Part shown: piece by piece, positions 1 through 8,270 of the stretch
How the letters are laid out: each line of letters begins with the position of its first letter
How positions within the stretch are numbered: position 1 is the stretch's first letter
NCBI GenBank assembly: GCA_051251915.1
Contig: JBPOGF010000005.1
Location: 1-64,000, forward strand
Reading direction: 5' to 3'
Length of the DNA: 64,000 nucleotides
From: Akkermansiaceae bacterium
Lineage (GTDB): Bacteria; Verrucomicrobiota; Verrucomicrobiia; Verrucomicrobiales; Akkermansiaceae
The notes under the pieces: generated by a model
What the model was told of the DNA's origin: nothing
Databases searched by the model: none
Seen by the model: the letters and a program-made list of their open reading frames with translations, nothing else
Translations under genes and position numbers: made by a program

Positions 1-1
1 A

Positions 2-97
2 CCCCAGTTATTGGGGGATGTAGACTATGAAAAATTAAAAATCAAAAGAATCACTAGACAAACCTTCTCATGGAAGACGTTGCACACCAATCCATGA
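2..97 (+). CDS. possible C-terminal end of a gene entering from the left edge
   Basis: Open frame PQLLGDVDYEKLKIKRITRQTFSWKTLHTNP* from the window edge; no recognisable motif. Confidence 0.3.
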   Translation, partial: PQLLGDVDYEKLKIKRITRQTFSWKTLHTNP

Positions 98-200
98 GTA
101 GCTGCGCAGCCAGGTTTTTGACTGGTTTAAACCATTAATCAAAAAGTATAGTTTCCCCTCACTCATGGATGGGTGAACTTTACGCTAGGCAAAAATTCAT

Positions 201-1100
201 ATGGACTTCGCACCCTTTATCAACACCGAGGAAAGTGTTCACCCAGTCGTCGAGTACGCTCAACTTCAATCGTGCTATCCAAAAATCGAAGACGATGTCT
301 GGAACGTTACCAGTGCAAGCGATCTCCTTGGGTGGGAGAAGCTACGCGATCGATATAAAATCCGCGACTCGAAAGAGGTCGCATGTGACATTTTCGTATG
401 GGGAACAGGTCCCGCTCCGAACCCCAGATTGACAAGAATCGGAGGTGTTCCATGGCTGCCGAAGAATCAGCCATGGCCAGCCATCGATGGAGTGACCCCA
501 GTGTTTCTGTGCCAATTCAATTTTCAGGACAGCAAAGACTTAATGGGGCAGAGAGTGGCTGAGAAGCTACCTGGGGATATCCTATTGGTTTTTGTCGCTG
601 ACCAGTATTCTGCTGTGTCTTGCGAGGTCGATGAGATGAGGTTCGTATGGGTTTCGGCGGACGAAGAAGAAGTAATTGATAAGTCCGATGTCCCCGTGCC
701 AACCAACCCATTTGAATTTGTTGAGGCTTGGGGAGCAAGGTATCGCACAAAGGATATTCCTACAAAGTGGGATCAGGCTTATGAGATTCCCGAGGATGAA
801 GTAGGAGGGCGACTGTGGTCACTTCCAGTATTATGGGGGACAAAGATCGGAGGCGTTCCGTATGATTCGCAAGAGAACCACAGAGAAGCTCCAAGAGACT
901 TCCTTTGCCAGCTTGTCTCGGTGCAGATTAGCCAGGATACGATCTGGCCTTGGGTAGATCGGAAGGAGCCGATTACAGATGGTTTTGGTGAGGATGGTGT
1001 CCATACCGATAAGAACACATTGATGATCGGGGATATGGGCGAGCTTTCCATTTTTCTCGATGATGAGAACAACATCGTAATAGAAAGTTCTTGTGGCTAA
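201..1100 (+). CDS. DUF1963/YwqG-like protein, cassette-like ORF
   Basis: TRIGGVPWLP..WP, FLCQFNF, TKIGGVPY, IGDMG motifs. Confidence 0.8.
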   Translation: MDFAPFINTEESVHPVVEYAQLQSCYPKIEDDVWNVTSASDLLGWEKLRDRYKIRDSKEVACDIFVWGTGPAPNPRLTRIGGVPWLPKNQPWPAIDGVTPVFLCQFNFQDSKDLMGQRVAEKLPGDILLVFVADQYSAVSCEVDEMRFVWVSADEEEVIDKSDVPVPTNPFEFVEAWGARYRTKDIPTKWDQAYEIPEDEVGGRLWSLPVLWGTKIGGVPYDSQENHREAPRDFLCQLVSVQISQDTIWPWVDRKEPITDGFGEDGVHTDKNTLMIGDMGELSIFLDDENNIVIESSCG

Positions 1101-1114
1101 AATCGACTGGCCCA

Positions 1115-1495
1115 ATCGGGTAGGCAGAGGGTTCTAACCCCCGCCCCCCACACCACCGGCCATACGGCTTTGCCTACGGGCTCTGCGGATAGACTTTGTA
1201 TTGAGAAGAGCAGTGTAGCACGGCGGTTTCAATGTGTCAGACTTACTTCCACTTAGGTCGTTTTAGTAATTTCTTGATGATAGCGAGCATTCACAACCCA
1301 CGTGGCGAAGCTTTTACGTGGGGTTTCTAGGCTGCGGAGTCCTTGGCTTTCTAGCCACACATTCGTCATCGCATTTCTTACGATTTCTATGTTGCACATC
1401 CGCCAAGCTCCCTTGCGACTTCGACTCGCTAGTTTTACTTTGTCTCTTGATGCGCCGAGCTGGATCAGGTTTAGCCGGCTGGCTCGTGGTCGTCC
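1115..1495 (-). mobile_element. 5'-truncated group IIC intron remnant (maturase C-terminus plus domains V-VI)
   Basis: Minus strand encodes RLNLIQLGASRDKVKLASRSRKGAWRM...MTNVWLESQGLRSL (class C RT/maturase domain X-like), then GAAACCGCCG...CCGGTGGTGTGGGGGGCGGGGGTTAGAACCCTCTGCCTACCCGAT. Confidence 0.85.
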
Positions 1496-1553
1496 TTGAG
1501 GCAGCTTTTTGAGCCATTGGTTTGGAGATTGGCAATTACCCCAGCCTGCGAAA

Positions 1554-1770
1554 ATGCAATGGCAAGCACGACAGTTACAAACTGAAATGAGCCTTGCCAC
1601 CCAGTAAGTCACTAGAGTATATTATACAAGAAGTCCAAATACATGAAACATAAGAACAAATCAGAAGCTGAGCAACTGGACTGCGCGTTCACCAGAGGAG
1701 CCTTATACGGGAAAACCGCACGTAGGGATCTGCGAGGGGGACGTCAGGCAACTGACGTTCCTACCTTAAT
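1554..1770 (+). mobile_element. group II intron 3' remnant (domains V-VI, AGC triad), copy 1
   Basis: GAGCCTTATACGGGAAAACCGCACGTAGGGATC (DV) plus GGGGGACGTCAG-GCAA-CTGACGTTCCTACCTTAAT (DVI with bulged A, AY end); paralogue at 2840-3055. Confidence 0.85.
1594..1623 (+). promoter_or_regulatory. putative sigma70 promoter inside intron remnant copy 1
   Basis: TTGCCA-N18-TATATT, conserved in copy 2. Confidence 0.45.
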
Positions 1771-1781
1771 AGGCTAAAAAT

Positions 1782-2339
1782 ATGAAATCTATCTACATCC
1801 TAAGTCTTTTCCTAGCTCTAAACGCTTGTGAACACGAAAAAAATACTTCTAAGGACGAGACCGATTCTAACAGAACCAAGGTTCACCAGATTGAGTTATC
1901 TCAAGAACATGATTCCGTTATAGTGACGTTACCAGGTAAAGATGATCTCTCGCTAAGAGTATTTCAGAGAGATGGTGAACTAGTAGCTGCAGTTATAGAC
2001 ATTAGAGAAGAGCTTGGACATATGGGTAACCAACCCCGAAGATGGGAATTAATAGCTAAATCAAACCGAGAGGTTCAAATATATACCAGAAAAGAACCGT
2101 ATCTATTGAATAAGATTGAGGGAACTGATTATAAGTCCACTGGGACAGAAGTATACTTTGACACTGATGGTAATGGCATCCCCGACTACAAAAGCACTCC
2201 TAAGGGTTGCTACAAAATTACAAAAATAGAATTAGATTATTTTAAGTCTGGAGCATTTGGTGATTACATTTCAGATTTCGAACCAGTCAAATTCGAAGAA
2301 GTTTTTACTGAACAGCAACCAACCAATGAAACCAAATAA
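1782..2339 (+). CDS. hypothetical lipoprotein, gene-cassette ORF
   Basis: Signal peptide with LNAC lipobox; preceded by TAGGC and followed by the complementary GCCTAAC. Confidence 0.75.
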   Translation: MKSIYILSLFLALNACEHEKNTSKDETDSNRTKVHQIELSQEHDSVIVTLPGKDDLSLRVFQRDGELVAAVIDIREELGHMGNQPRRWELIAKSNREVQIYTRKEPYLLNKIEGTDYKSTGTEVYFDTDGNGIPDYKSTPKGCYKITKIELDYFKSGAFGDYISDFEPVKFEEVFTEQQPTNETK

Positions 2340-2343
2340 AAAT

Positions 2344-2409
2344 GCCTAACCCCAAAGATAGCTTCTCATCGGAGCGATAGCGGAGCATGAGAGTTATCGG
2401 TTGTTGTCC
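2344..2409 (+). mobile_element. integron attC recombination site
   Basis: GCCTAAC inverse core 5 bp after the stop; GATAGCTTCTCAT/ATGAGAGTTATC imperfect stem with an extrahelical base; central GGAGCGATAGCGGAGC; GTTGTCC core. Confidence 0.75.
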
Positions 2410-2469
2410 CGTATAGCTTCGCACGTGATAACACGAGTTCAGGGGAGTTGGCTCTGGGTGGCCGTTACT

Positions 2470-2629
2470 TAGACCCAACTCCAAAAGTCTGTTCGCCTAT
2501 CTTAGGATAAGAATTTCCAATCTCTGCGTTACTCTTCTACTGAGATGCCCACATCACAGTCTCATCGCGCCTTGATCTAAGAAATTCTTCTACCAAATCT
2601 AACCGAACGAACTTTTGGAAACAGGTCTA
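2470..2629. mobile_element. 160-bp MITE, family A copy 1
   Basis: Terminal inverted repeats TAGACCCAACTCCAAAAGT / ACTTTTGGAAACAGGTCTA; near-identical copy at 21142-21301. Confidence 0.8.
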
Positions 2630-2671
2630 TGCGGTTTTGATTCCGTGTTCTGTCTTAGTGGGTTGTTGAAG

Positions 2672-2747
2672 CAGTGGGTGTTCTTAGTGGCGTTTAATGT
2701 CATACGAAGGAGCCGATTGCCGAACTGCAGGGCTGTTCGGTAATCAA
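2672..2747. repeat. 76-bp hairpin-containing dispersed repeat, copy 1
   Basis: Matches 3850-3925; stem GATTGCCGAAC/GTTCGGTAATC with variable loop. Confidence 0.8.
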
Positions 2748-2839
2748 ATCGATGTCTAACAGGATGGAATATGCCTAGTGATGGTAATGTGGCTTTCATC
2801 GTGGCGGATGGGGCAAAACATGTAGCCTCCTACGTAGTG

Positions 2840-3055
2840 ATGCAATGGCAAGCGCGATAGCTACAAACAGAAATGAGTCTTGCTACCCAGTAAGTCACCA
2901 GAGTATATTATACAAGAAGTCCAACCACATGAAACATAAGAACACAACAGAAGCTGAGCAACTGGACTGCGCGTTCACCAGAGGAGCCTTATGCGGGAAA
3001 CCTCACGTAGAGATCTGCGAGGGAGACGTTAGGCAACTGATGTTCCTACCTTAAT
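2840..3055 (+). mobile_element. group II intron 3' remnant (domains V-VI), copy 2
   Basis: Colinear with 1554-1770, same left boundary (ATGCAATGGCAAGC) and same CCTACCTTAAT end. Confidence 0.85.
2880..2909 (+). promoter_or_regulatory. putative sigma70 promoter inside intron remnant copy 2
   Basis: TTGCTA-N18-TATATT. Confidence 0.4.
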
Positions 3056-3067
3056 CTCTAAAAAAGC

Positions 3068-3808
3068 ATGACCAACGAAAAAGAAATTCTTGTAGTCGGA
3101 GCAAGTGGAGCTACGGGAAGTCTTCTCGTAGCGGAACTACTCAATCGCGGACTCCGTGTTAGGGCAATTGTGCGATCTCCTGAAAATTTTCCAGAAGTTA
3201 TCAGGAAGAGTGAAAACCTATCATTGATTCACGCAAGCATCTTGAAACTCAGCGACACCGAATTAGCCAAACACGTCAAGGGTTGTGATGCGATCGCTTC
3301 GTGCCTGGGTCACAACCTGAGCTTTAAAGGCGTTCTTGGTCCCCCATACAGATTGGTGACCGATGCTACACGCCGATTATGTGGAGCAATCAAGGAAATC
3401 GATTCGGATACGCCGATCAAGTTTGTGCTTATGAACACGACTGGTAATAGCAACCGTGATCTCAATGAACCGGTCTCATTCGCTCAGCGGTTAGTGATGG
3501 GACTTCTGCGTTTGCTGCTACCTCCGCATGTGGATAACGAAAAAGCGGCAGATTACCTACGGACTGAGATTGGCCAGAAAGACGGCGCAATCGAGTGGGC
3601 TGCAGTTCGTCCTGATGGCCTCACAAATGAGGATAGGGTTACAGCGTATGAAGTACATCCTTCGCCAATTAGAAGTGCGATCTTTGACGCAGGCAAAACA
3701 AGCCGAATCAACGTTGGACACTTCATGGCGGATCTGATCGTTGAAGGTGACCTATGGAGCAAATGGAAGGGTCAGATGCCCGTGATCTACAATAAGAACC
3801 CAGTCTAA
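3068..3808 (+). CDS. NAD(P)H-binding protein (atypical SDR / flavin reductase-like)
   Basis: ILVVGASGATG Rossmann motif, WAAVRPDGL, SRINVGHFM. Confidence 0.85.
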   Translation: MTNEKEILVVGASGATGSLLVAELLNRGLRVRAIVRSPENFPEVIRKSENLSLIHASILKLSDTELAKHVKGCDAIASCLGHNLSFKGVLGPPYRLVTDATRRLCGAIKEIDSDTPIKFVLMNTTGNSNRDLNEPVSFAQRLVMGLLRLLLPPHVDNEKAADYLRTEIGQKDGAIEWAAVRPDGLTNEDRVTAYEVHPSPIRSAIFDAGKTSRINVGHFMADLIVEGDLWSKWKGQMPVIYNKNPV

Positions 3809-3849
3809 TATTAGAGTAAAGCGAACATCGAAGGTATCGGTTGTAGCAC

Positions 3850-3925
3850 CAGTGGGTATTCCTAGTGGCGTTTAATGTCATACGAAGGAGCCGATTGCCG
3901 AACCACAAGGCTGTTCGGTAATCAA
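3850..3925. repeat. 76-bp hairpin-containing dispersed repeat, copy 2
   Basis: Matches 2672-2747. Confidence 0.8.
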
Positions 3926-3968
3926 CTTGTAAGTGAAAAGAGTCTTTCTCTTAGTGAGCAGCGTAAAC

Positions 3969-3999
3969 AAAAAAACCGACCTAGAAATGCCTAGGTCGG
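3969..3999 (-). terminator. rho-independent terminator of the PEP-CTERM gene
   Basis: CCGACCTAG/CTAGGTCGG stem followed by T7 on the minus strand. Confidence 0.75.
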
Positions 4000-4025
4000 C
4001 TGAAAGATTGATCTTAATGTTGGTT

Positions 4026-4682
4026 TTAACGTCTGCGACGAAGTAGAACTGCCAGTCCGCCAAGTCCAAACAAGGCCGTTGACGATGGCTCGGGAACTGG
4101 AGTGAAAGTGCCGGCAACACTCAGTTTAGGTCCGGTAAAGGATTCGAAATCGAGCGTATTTTCAGACTTAGTCACCACGTTACCAGAGCCATTGGTATTA
4201 ATATTGACCATGAATTTGTTGTTCAGACCATCAATGGCGGCTGTCAGAGGGTTGTCAAAGTTGACGAAATATTCGCCATTGTTGCTGAATTCTTTAGTAA
4301 CTGTCTCGCTGCCGAGCGAAACATCGTCTCCACCACCAGCCACTCCATCTTCTCCAAGATAAGTGAATTGAATGATCAGTGAGGTTGCAGTGTTACTTGA
4401 AGCGTTGGCATTGGACGCGAAGCCAAAGCCTGTTACGGATATTGTGCCTGCTACCAGATCGCCGGCGTCGATCGTGCCGCTTGAGTCGAGATCCCAGAAT
4501 CGTGGTCCTATATTCCTGCTACCAGTTGTTGATGTGTCCGTCCCACCCGTAGCAGCATCATCGACGAAAAATGAACCGGTTAAACCCGTAGTGACATCAC
4601 CTTTCACCATGGTTGCCGCGTGACCAGAACCTGCAAGTGTTAAAGTGAGAATAGCTATCGTAGGAATATGTGTGTATTTCAT
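4026..4682 (-). CDS. PEP-CTERM sorting domain protein
   Basis: Signal peptide; C-terminal VPEPSSTALFGLGGLAVLLRRRR. Confidence 0.92.
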   Translation of the reverse strand: MKYTHIPTIAILTLTLAGSGHAATMVKGDVTTGLTGSFFVDDAATGGTDTSTTGSRNIGPRFWDLDSSGTIDAGDLVAGTISVTGFGFASNANASSNTATSLIIQFTYLGEDGVAGGGDDVSLGSETVTKEFSNNGEYFVNFDNPLTAAIDGLNNKFMVNINTNGSGNVVTKSENTLDFESFTGPKLSVAGTFTPVPEPSSTALFGLGGLAVLLRRRR

Positions 4683-4815
4683 ATAGTTTAATAAGTATTA
4701 TTATATATATTTGTTCTACAGAAATACCAAGCTGTCAACCAATAATTTTGGCATATGGAGTCAAGAAATAGTGTGTAACCGTTTGTGCATTAGTGCATAG
4801 AATGCTCAATGAGGA

Positions 4816-5319
4816 ATTCAGCTGTCCCTGACTTGGTCGGCCGCGCGCCAGGTTGCGACGAGATCTGGACGTTGCTGCAAGAAAACGTTGTAGATGTGAT
4901 TGGCGAAGTTTACACCCGCTTGGGTATATAAGTTGAAGGCGGCATCCACGCCCATTGCTCTTAGCTCCTGGACCTCGTAGTCTTGCTGGCCACTGACGAT
5001 CACCACGCCGCCGAAACCATGCCGCTTGAGTGTTTCTATGGCGTGTAAGTTCGCCGCATGCACTGGCATCGCTAGCACTACCATGTCTAGGTCATTGTGT
5101 GGGCACACACGCTCCCAGAAGTCAGAATCCGTGGCATCTGCAAGTCGGACATTCCGCTCAGCTCCCTGATGAATCCTAATTTTATCCGGGCTGCGGTCAA
5201 AGCCGATGACATGGCCTGGAAAGCGCTGCTCCAGAGAATGGTATGCGGCTAGTCCGATACGGCCCATGCCAAAGATCGCCACCCGCTCGCGTTCCTTGAT
5301 CGGAGAAAAGTCTCCTTCG
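4816..5319 (-). pseudogene. duplicated 3' end (TrkA-N/KTN domain) of the K+/H+ antiporter gene
   Basis: Direct repeat of 8269-8772 with about a dozen substitutions; lacks the membrane domain and a convincing start. Confidence 0.85.
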
Positions 5320-5436
5320 CGTTCCGAGAATGTTCTGCACCTTAGCAACTTACTAGACTAACAAATTACTAGTTCCATTTCTATGGTTCTCTCAGAAATA
5401 AGATCAATCTCAAAGCCTCCCCCAGCAAAGAGATTT

Positions 5437-7278
5437 TCATTTTTCAACGATCCTATAAAACATGCGGTTTACAGCTTCATTTCGGGGCAAAACAATCTGG
5501 TTGTCAATCATCAAAAAGTCATTCAACTCAATAGGATTCCAATTACTGAGAGATGAAGATTTTTGTAATTCAAAATTATGTGTTAAGCCGCGGAAAGACA
5601 GCGGTCTTGTCCACAGCGATTCTGAAGTGGAGATAACACAACTACCGTCGTCTTTCATCAGAATTTGAGGTAAAGACCACTCCTCAACAGGAGGAATCTC
5701 CGTAACTATAAAGTCCTTACTCCTTGCCGATCCGTAGGAATTAGTAACCACGCAATGATAAGTGCCGGTCTCTGTGACCTGAAGGCGAGATGGCAGCCCG
5801 CTCCCTACCGGGTTGTCATTGTGGAACCAAGTATGCCATAAAAGATTCGCTCCTTTAGCTCTGGCATCCAGTGTTACAGCCCCGCTTTCTTGAGTTTGTT
5901 TCTCAATGAAAAATCGCGGGATGTTCGGCACATTCGCTTGTATCCACGCATTGAGAGCTATACGAAGCTCCTCTACCTTGGCAGGTTCTACCCCAGCTAG
6001 GTTGTTGCTCTCTGCAGGGTCATTTGGAATATGATAGAGTTCCTCAATACTGTTATCCCGGTTTGTTAAATATTTCCAAGGACCTCTACGTATGGCAAAT
6101 GGAGGTGAAGCGTATTCCGCTGGTCCCCATATCGGACCCTCGAATCGCCAAATCAAATCATCAGAACGTTCAGCCTGTCCAAGCTGGGACAATAAGGACT
6201 CCCCTTCTACTCCGTCAGGAACAGTTGCACCTGCTAGATCCATGGCCGTGCAAAAGAAATCTTTTTGGCTGAGAGCTGCACCTTGGTGAATCTGGGGAGA
6301 AACACGCAAGGGCATCCATAGGCAGCAAGGCATACGGATTCCTCCTTCATACAGGCTCCGCTTGCGGCCTCGTAATACCCCCACAGAACCACTGCCTGTA
6401 ATGGCTTGTCCCGCCAGACCATACCATTCTGGGCCATTGTCAGAGGTAAAAAGAATGCACGTATTACTAAGCTGTCCCGTTTGCTCGAGCTTAATCATGA
6501 GACTTCCCACTGCATTATCGATCTCGGTTATCTTCGCCATGTGTCGCTTCAAATTTAACTCGGCACTCGCTCCTTGAGCTGCGTAATAGTCCTGCATTCT
6601 CTGGGGAAATTGGGTGAAATCTATCACCATATCATTGTAAGGAGCGAGAGCGGCTTCAGAGGGAATCACTGGTGCATGCACAGCCTCAAACCAATATTGT
6701 AAATAAAAAGGCTGATCTTCAATACGATCAATAAACGCATGGACCTCACTACTTATTTGACTGGTACTGTTGATCCAAAAATCATTCTCATATGTCCAAT
6801 ATTGCCCCGCGGTACGCTCTACGTGAAACCCATAGGCGGAGGGAGGAACATTGCCCAAATGCCATTTTCCGATATGCGCTGTGATATACCCGGCTGACGC
6901 TAAAGACCTCGCAATAGTAGCTTCAGAATAAGTAACCTGATCAGGCTGACCCCAGCGTTCGTTGTTCTGTCTTGTGCTAAAATAATTCCAGACGGGAACA
7001 GGATTTTTTCCCGTCACGACAGCTCCCCGCGAGGGAGAGCACACTGGCGCACACGAATAATAGGAGTTAATCTGAGCACCCTCGCGAAATAATTTGTCAA
7101 TGTGAGGTGTTTTCACATATGGATGCCCCATAATCGCCAAATCTGCATAGCCCAAATCATCCACCATCAAGTGAATAATATTAGGGCTGCCTATAACACG
7201 GAGAAGCAGGAAAATATACACAATGACACTACTACCAATAATTTGCTTTTTGAGAGAGAAGTTCGGAGGGACTTTCAT
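5437..7278 (-). CDS. secreted Cys-type sulfatase with Ig-like and C-terminal accessory domains
   Basis: PNIIHLMVDDLG, CSPSRGAVVTG, GKWHLG, SDNG, KRSLYEGG; start moved to MKVPP (7278). Confidence 0.88.
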   Translation of the reverse strand: MKVPPNFSLKKQIIGSSVIVYIFLLLRVIGSPNIIHLMVDDLGYADLAIMGHPYVKTPHIDKLFREGAQINSYYSCAPVCSPSRGAVVTGKNPVPVWNYFSTRQNNERWGQPDQVTYSEATIARSLASAGYITAHIGKWHLGNVPPSAYGFHVERTAGQYWTYENDFWINSTSQISSEVHAFIDRIEDQPFYLQYWFEAVHAPVIPSEAALAPYNDMVIDFTQFPQRMQDYYAAQGASAELNLKRHMAKITEIDNAVGSLMIKLEQTGQLSNTCILFTSDNGPEWYGLAGQAITGSGSVGVLRGRKRSLYEGGIRMPCCLWMPLRVSPQIHQGAALSQKDFFCTAMDLAGATVPDGVEGESLLSQLGQAERSDDLIWRFEGPIWGPAEYASPPFAIRRGPWKYLTNRDNSIEELYHIPNDPAESNNLAGVEPAKVEELRIALNAWIQANVPNIPRFFIEKQTQESGAVTLDARAKGANLLWHTWFHNDNPVGSGLPSRLQVTETGTYHCVVTNSYGSARSKDFIVTEIPPVEEWSLPQILMKDDGSCVISTSESLWTRPLSFRGLTHNFELQKSSSLSNWNPIELNDFLMIDNQIVLPRNEAVNRMFYRIVEK

Positions 7279-7279
7279 A

Positions 7280-7368
7280 GGGTGATAATCGCTGTAGTCG
7301 TTGTGTTTATTTTTTTGGGAGCGAAGCTGTAGTTCTACTTCTGGCGACAATTGTGCATGTAGGCTCAT
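7280..7368 (-). pseudogene. frameshifted N-terminal remnant of a verrucomicrobial MSLHAQLSPE-type membrane-anchored protein
   Basis: MSLHAQLSPEVELQLRSQK then, after a shift in the A-run, INTTTTAIIT; family recognised from memory. Confidence 0.5.
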
Positions 7369-7899
7369 GTGAGTGGTGGTTTATTAGTTGTTTAGAATCT
7401 ATTCTGAAATTATGGGGTAATCTATATAATCATAAATATTAATGTTGTAAGTTACAATACATGTTTCTTATTTGATGAAAATCAATAAATTTTTGTGTGG
7501 TTTGTCTAAGCTCCTGTAAGCTCTTGCATAAGATAAATGACTGCTAGGAATTTGCTTTTTGAGAGAGAGGCGCACGCAATTTTTTTTGAGAACTTATTTG
7601 GTCATTGAAGATTTCAGGTTGGTTTAGTTATTTTGTATATAGGTTGAGGTAAGTTTATCCAATTTCCCATTCAACTGATATTATCAATGATAACTCCTGT
7701 TACTGCCTTAGGAGGGATTTGCTATCACATTACCTTTAAACAAAGCTATTGAGTTAGGGAAGATCTACGAATAATATGCCATTTTCTATATAGAGGCAGG
7801 AGCTGTTAAGGTTCAAATCTTGCCAAGATGACGCGAGAGCTTACGTTGACTAATTCTTAAACCGTTTATTCTAAAAATACTCACCCTAAGACTAGATCA

Positions 7900-8196
7900 A
7901 TGAAAGTAGCCGAGATATTTGAAGAGGAACCTATTCAGTGGGGGTTAAGAGGTGATCCCTATTTGTGGGGAGAACTGAAAGAGCGTTGTAAGCATACTGA
8001 GATGCCAGATACTTCAGATGAATTACAAACATTGATTCAAGACGAATACGCATTGGCTACAGGATACCCAATCACCCACTTAGATGTTTTTAATGTAGAA
8101 CGATTTAGCCATGGAGGGATGTCGAGTGGAGCAATATCACCGGAGTTTTGGATACAGAAAGCGATTCCATTATTGTTGGAACGACAAAAACAATAG
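7900..8196 (+). CDS. conserved hypothetical protein
   Basis: QWGLRGDPYLW and HGGMSSG motifs. Confidence 0.75.
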   Translation: MKVAEIFEEEPIQWGLRGDPYLWGELKERCKHTEMPDTSDELQTLIQDEYALATGYPITHLDVFNVERFSHGGMSSGAISPEFWIQKAIPLLLERQKQ

Positions 8197-8270
8197 AGCC
8201 TAGAGAAATCGCGAAGAGACCAAGCAGAACAGAGTCTGTTTCATAGTAAATAGGTAACCCCACAGCTCAT

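Noticed and set aside
1253..1612. 119-aa ORF as an intact gene
   Set aside because: Only the central part is maturase-like; its start lies in the unrelated opposite-strand intron remnant
2845..3054. 69-aa ORF within intron remnant copy 2
   Set aside because: The frame is interrupted in copy 1 and overlaps RNA domains V-VI
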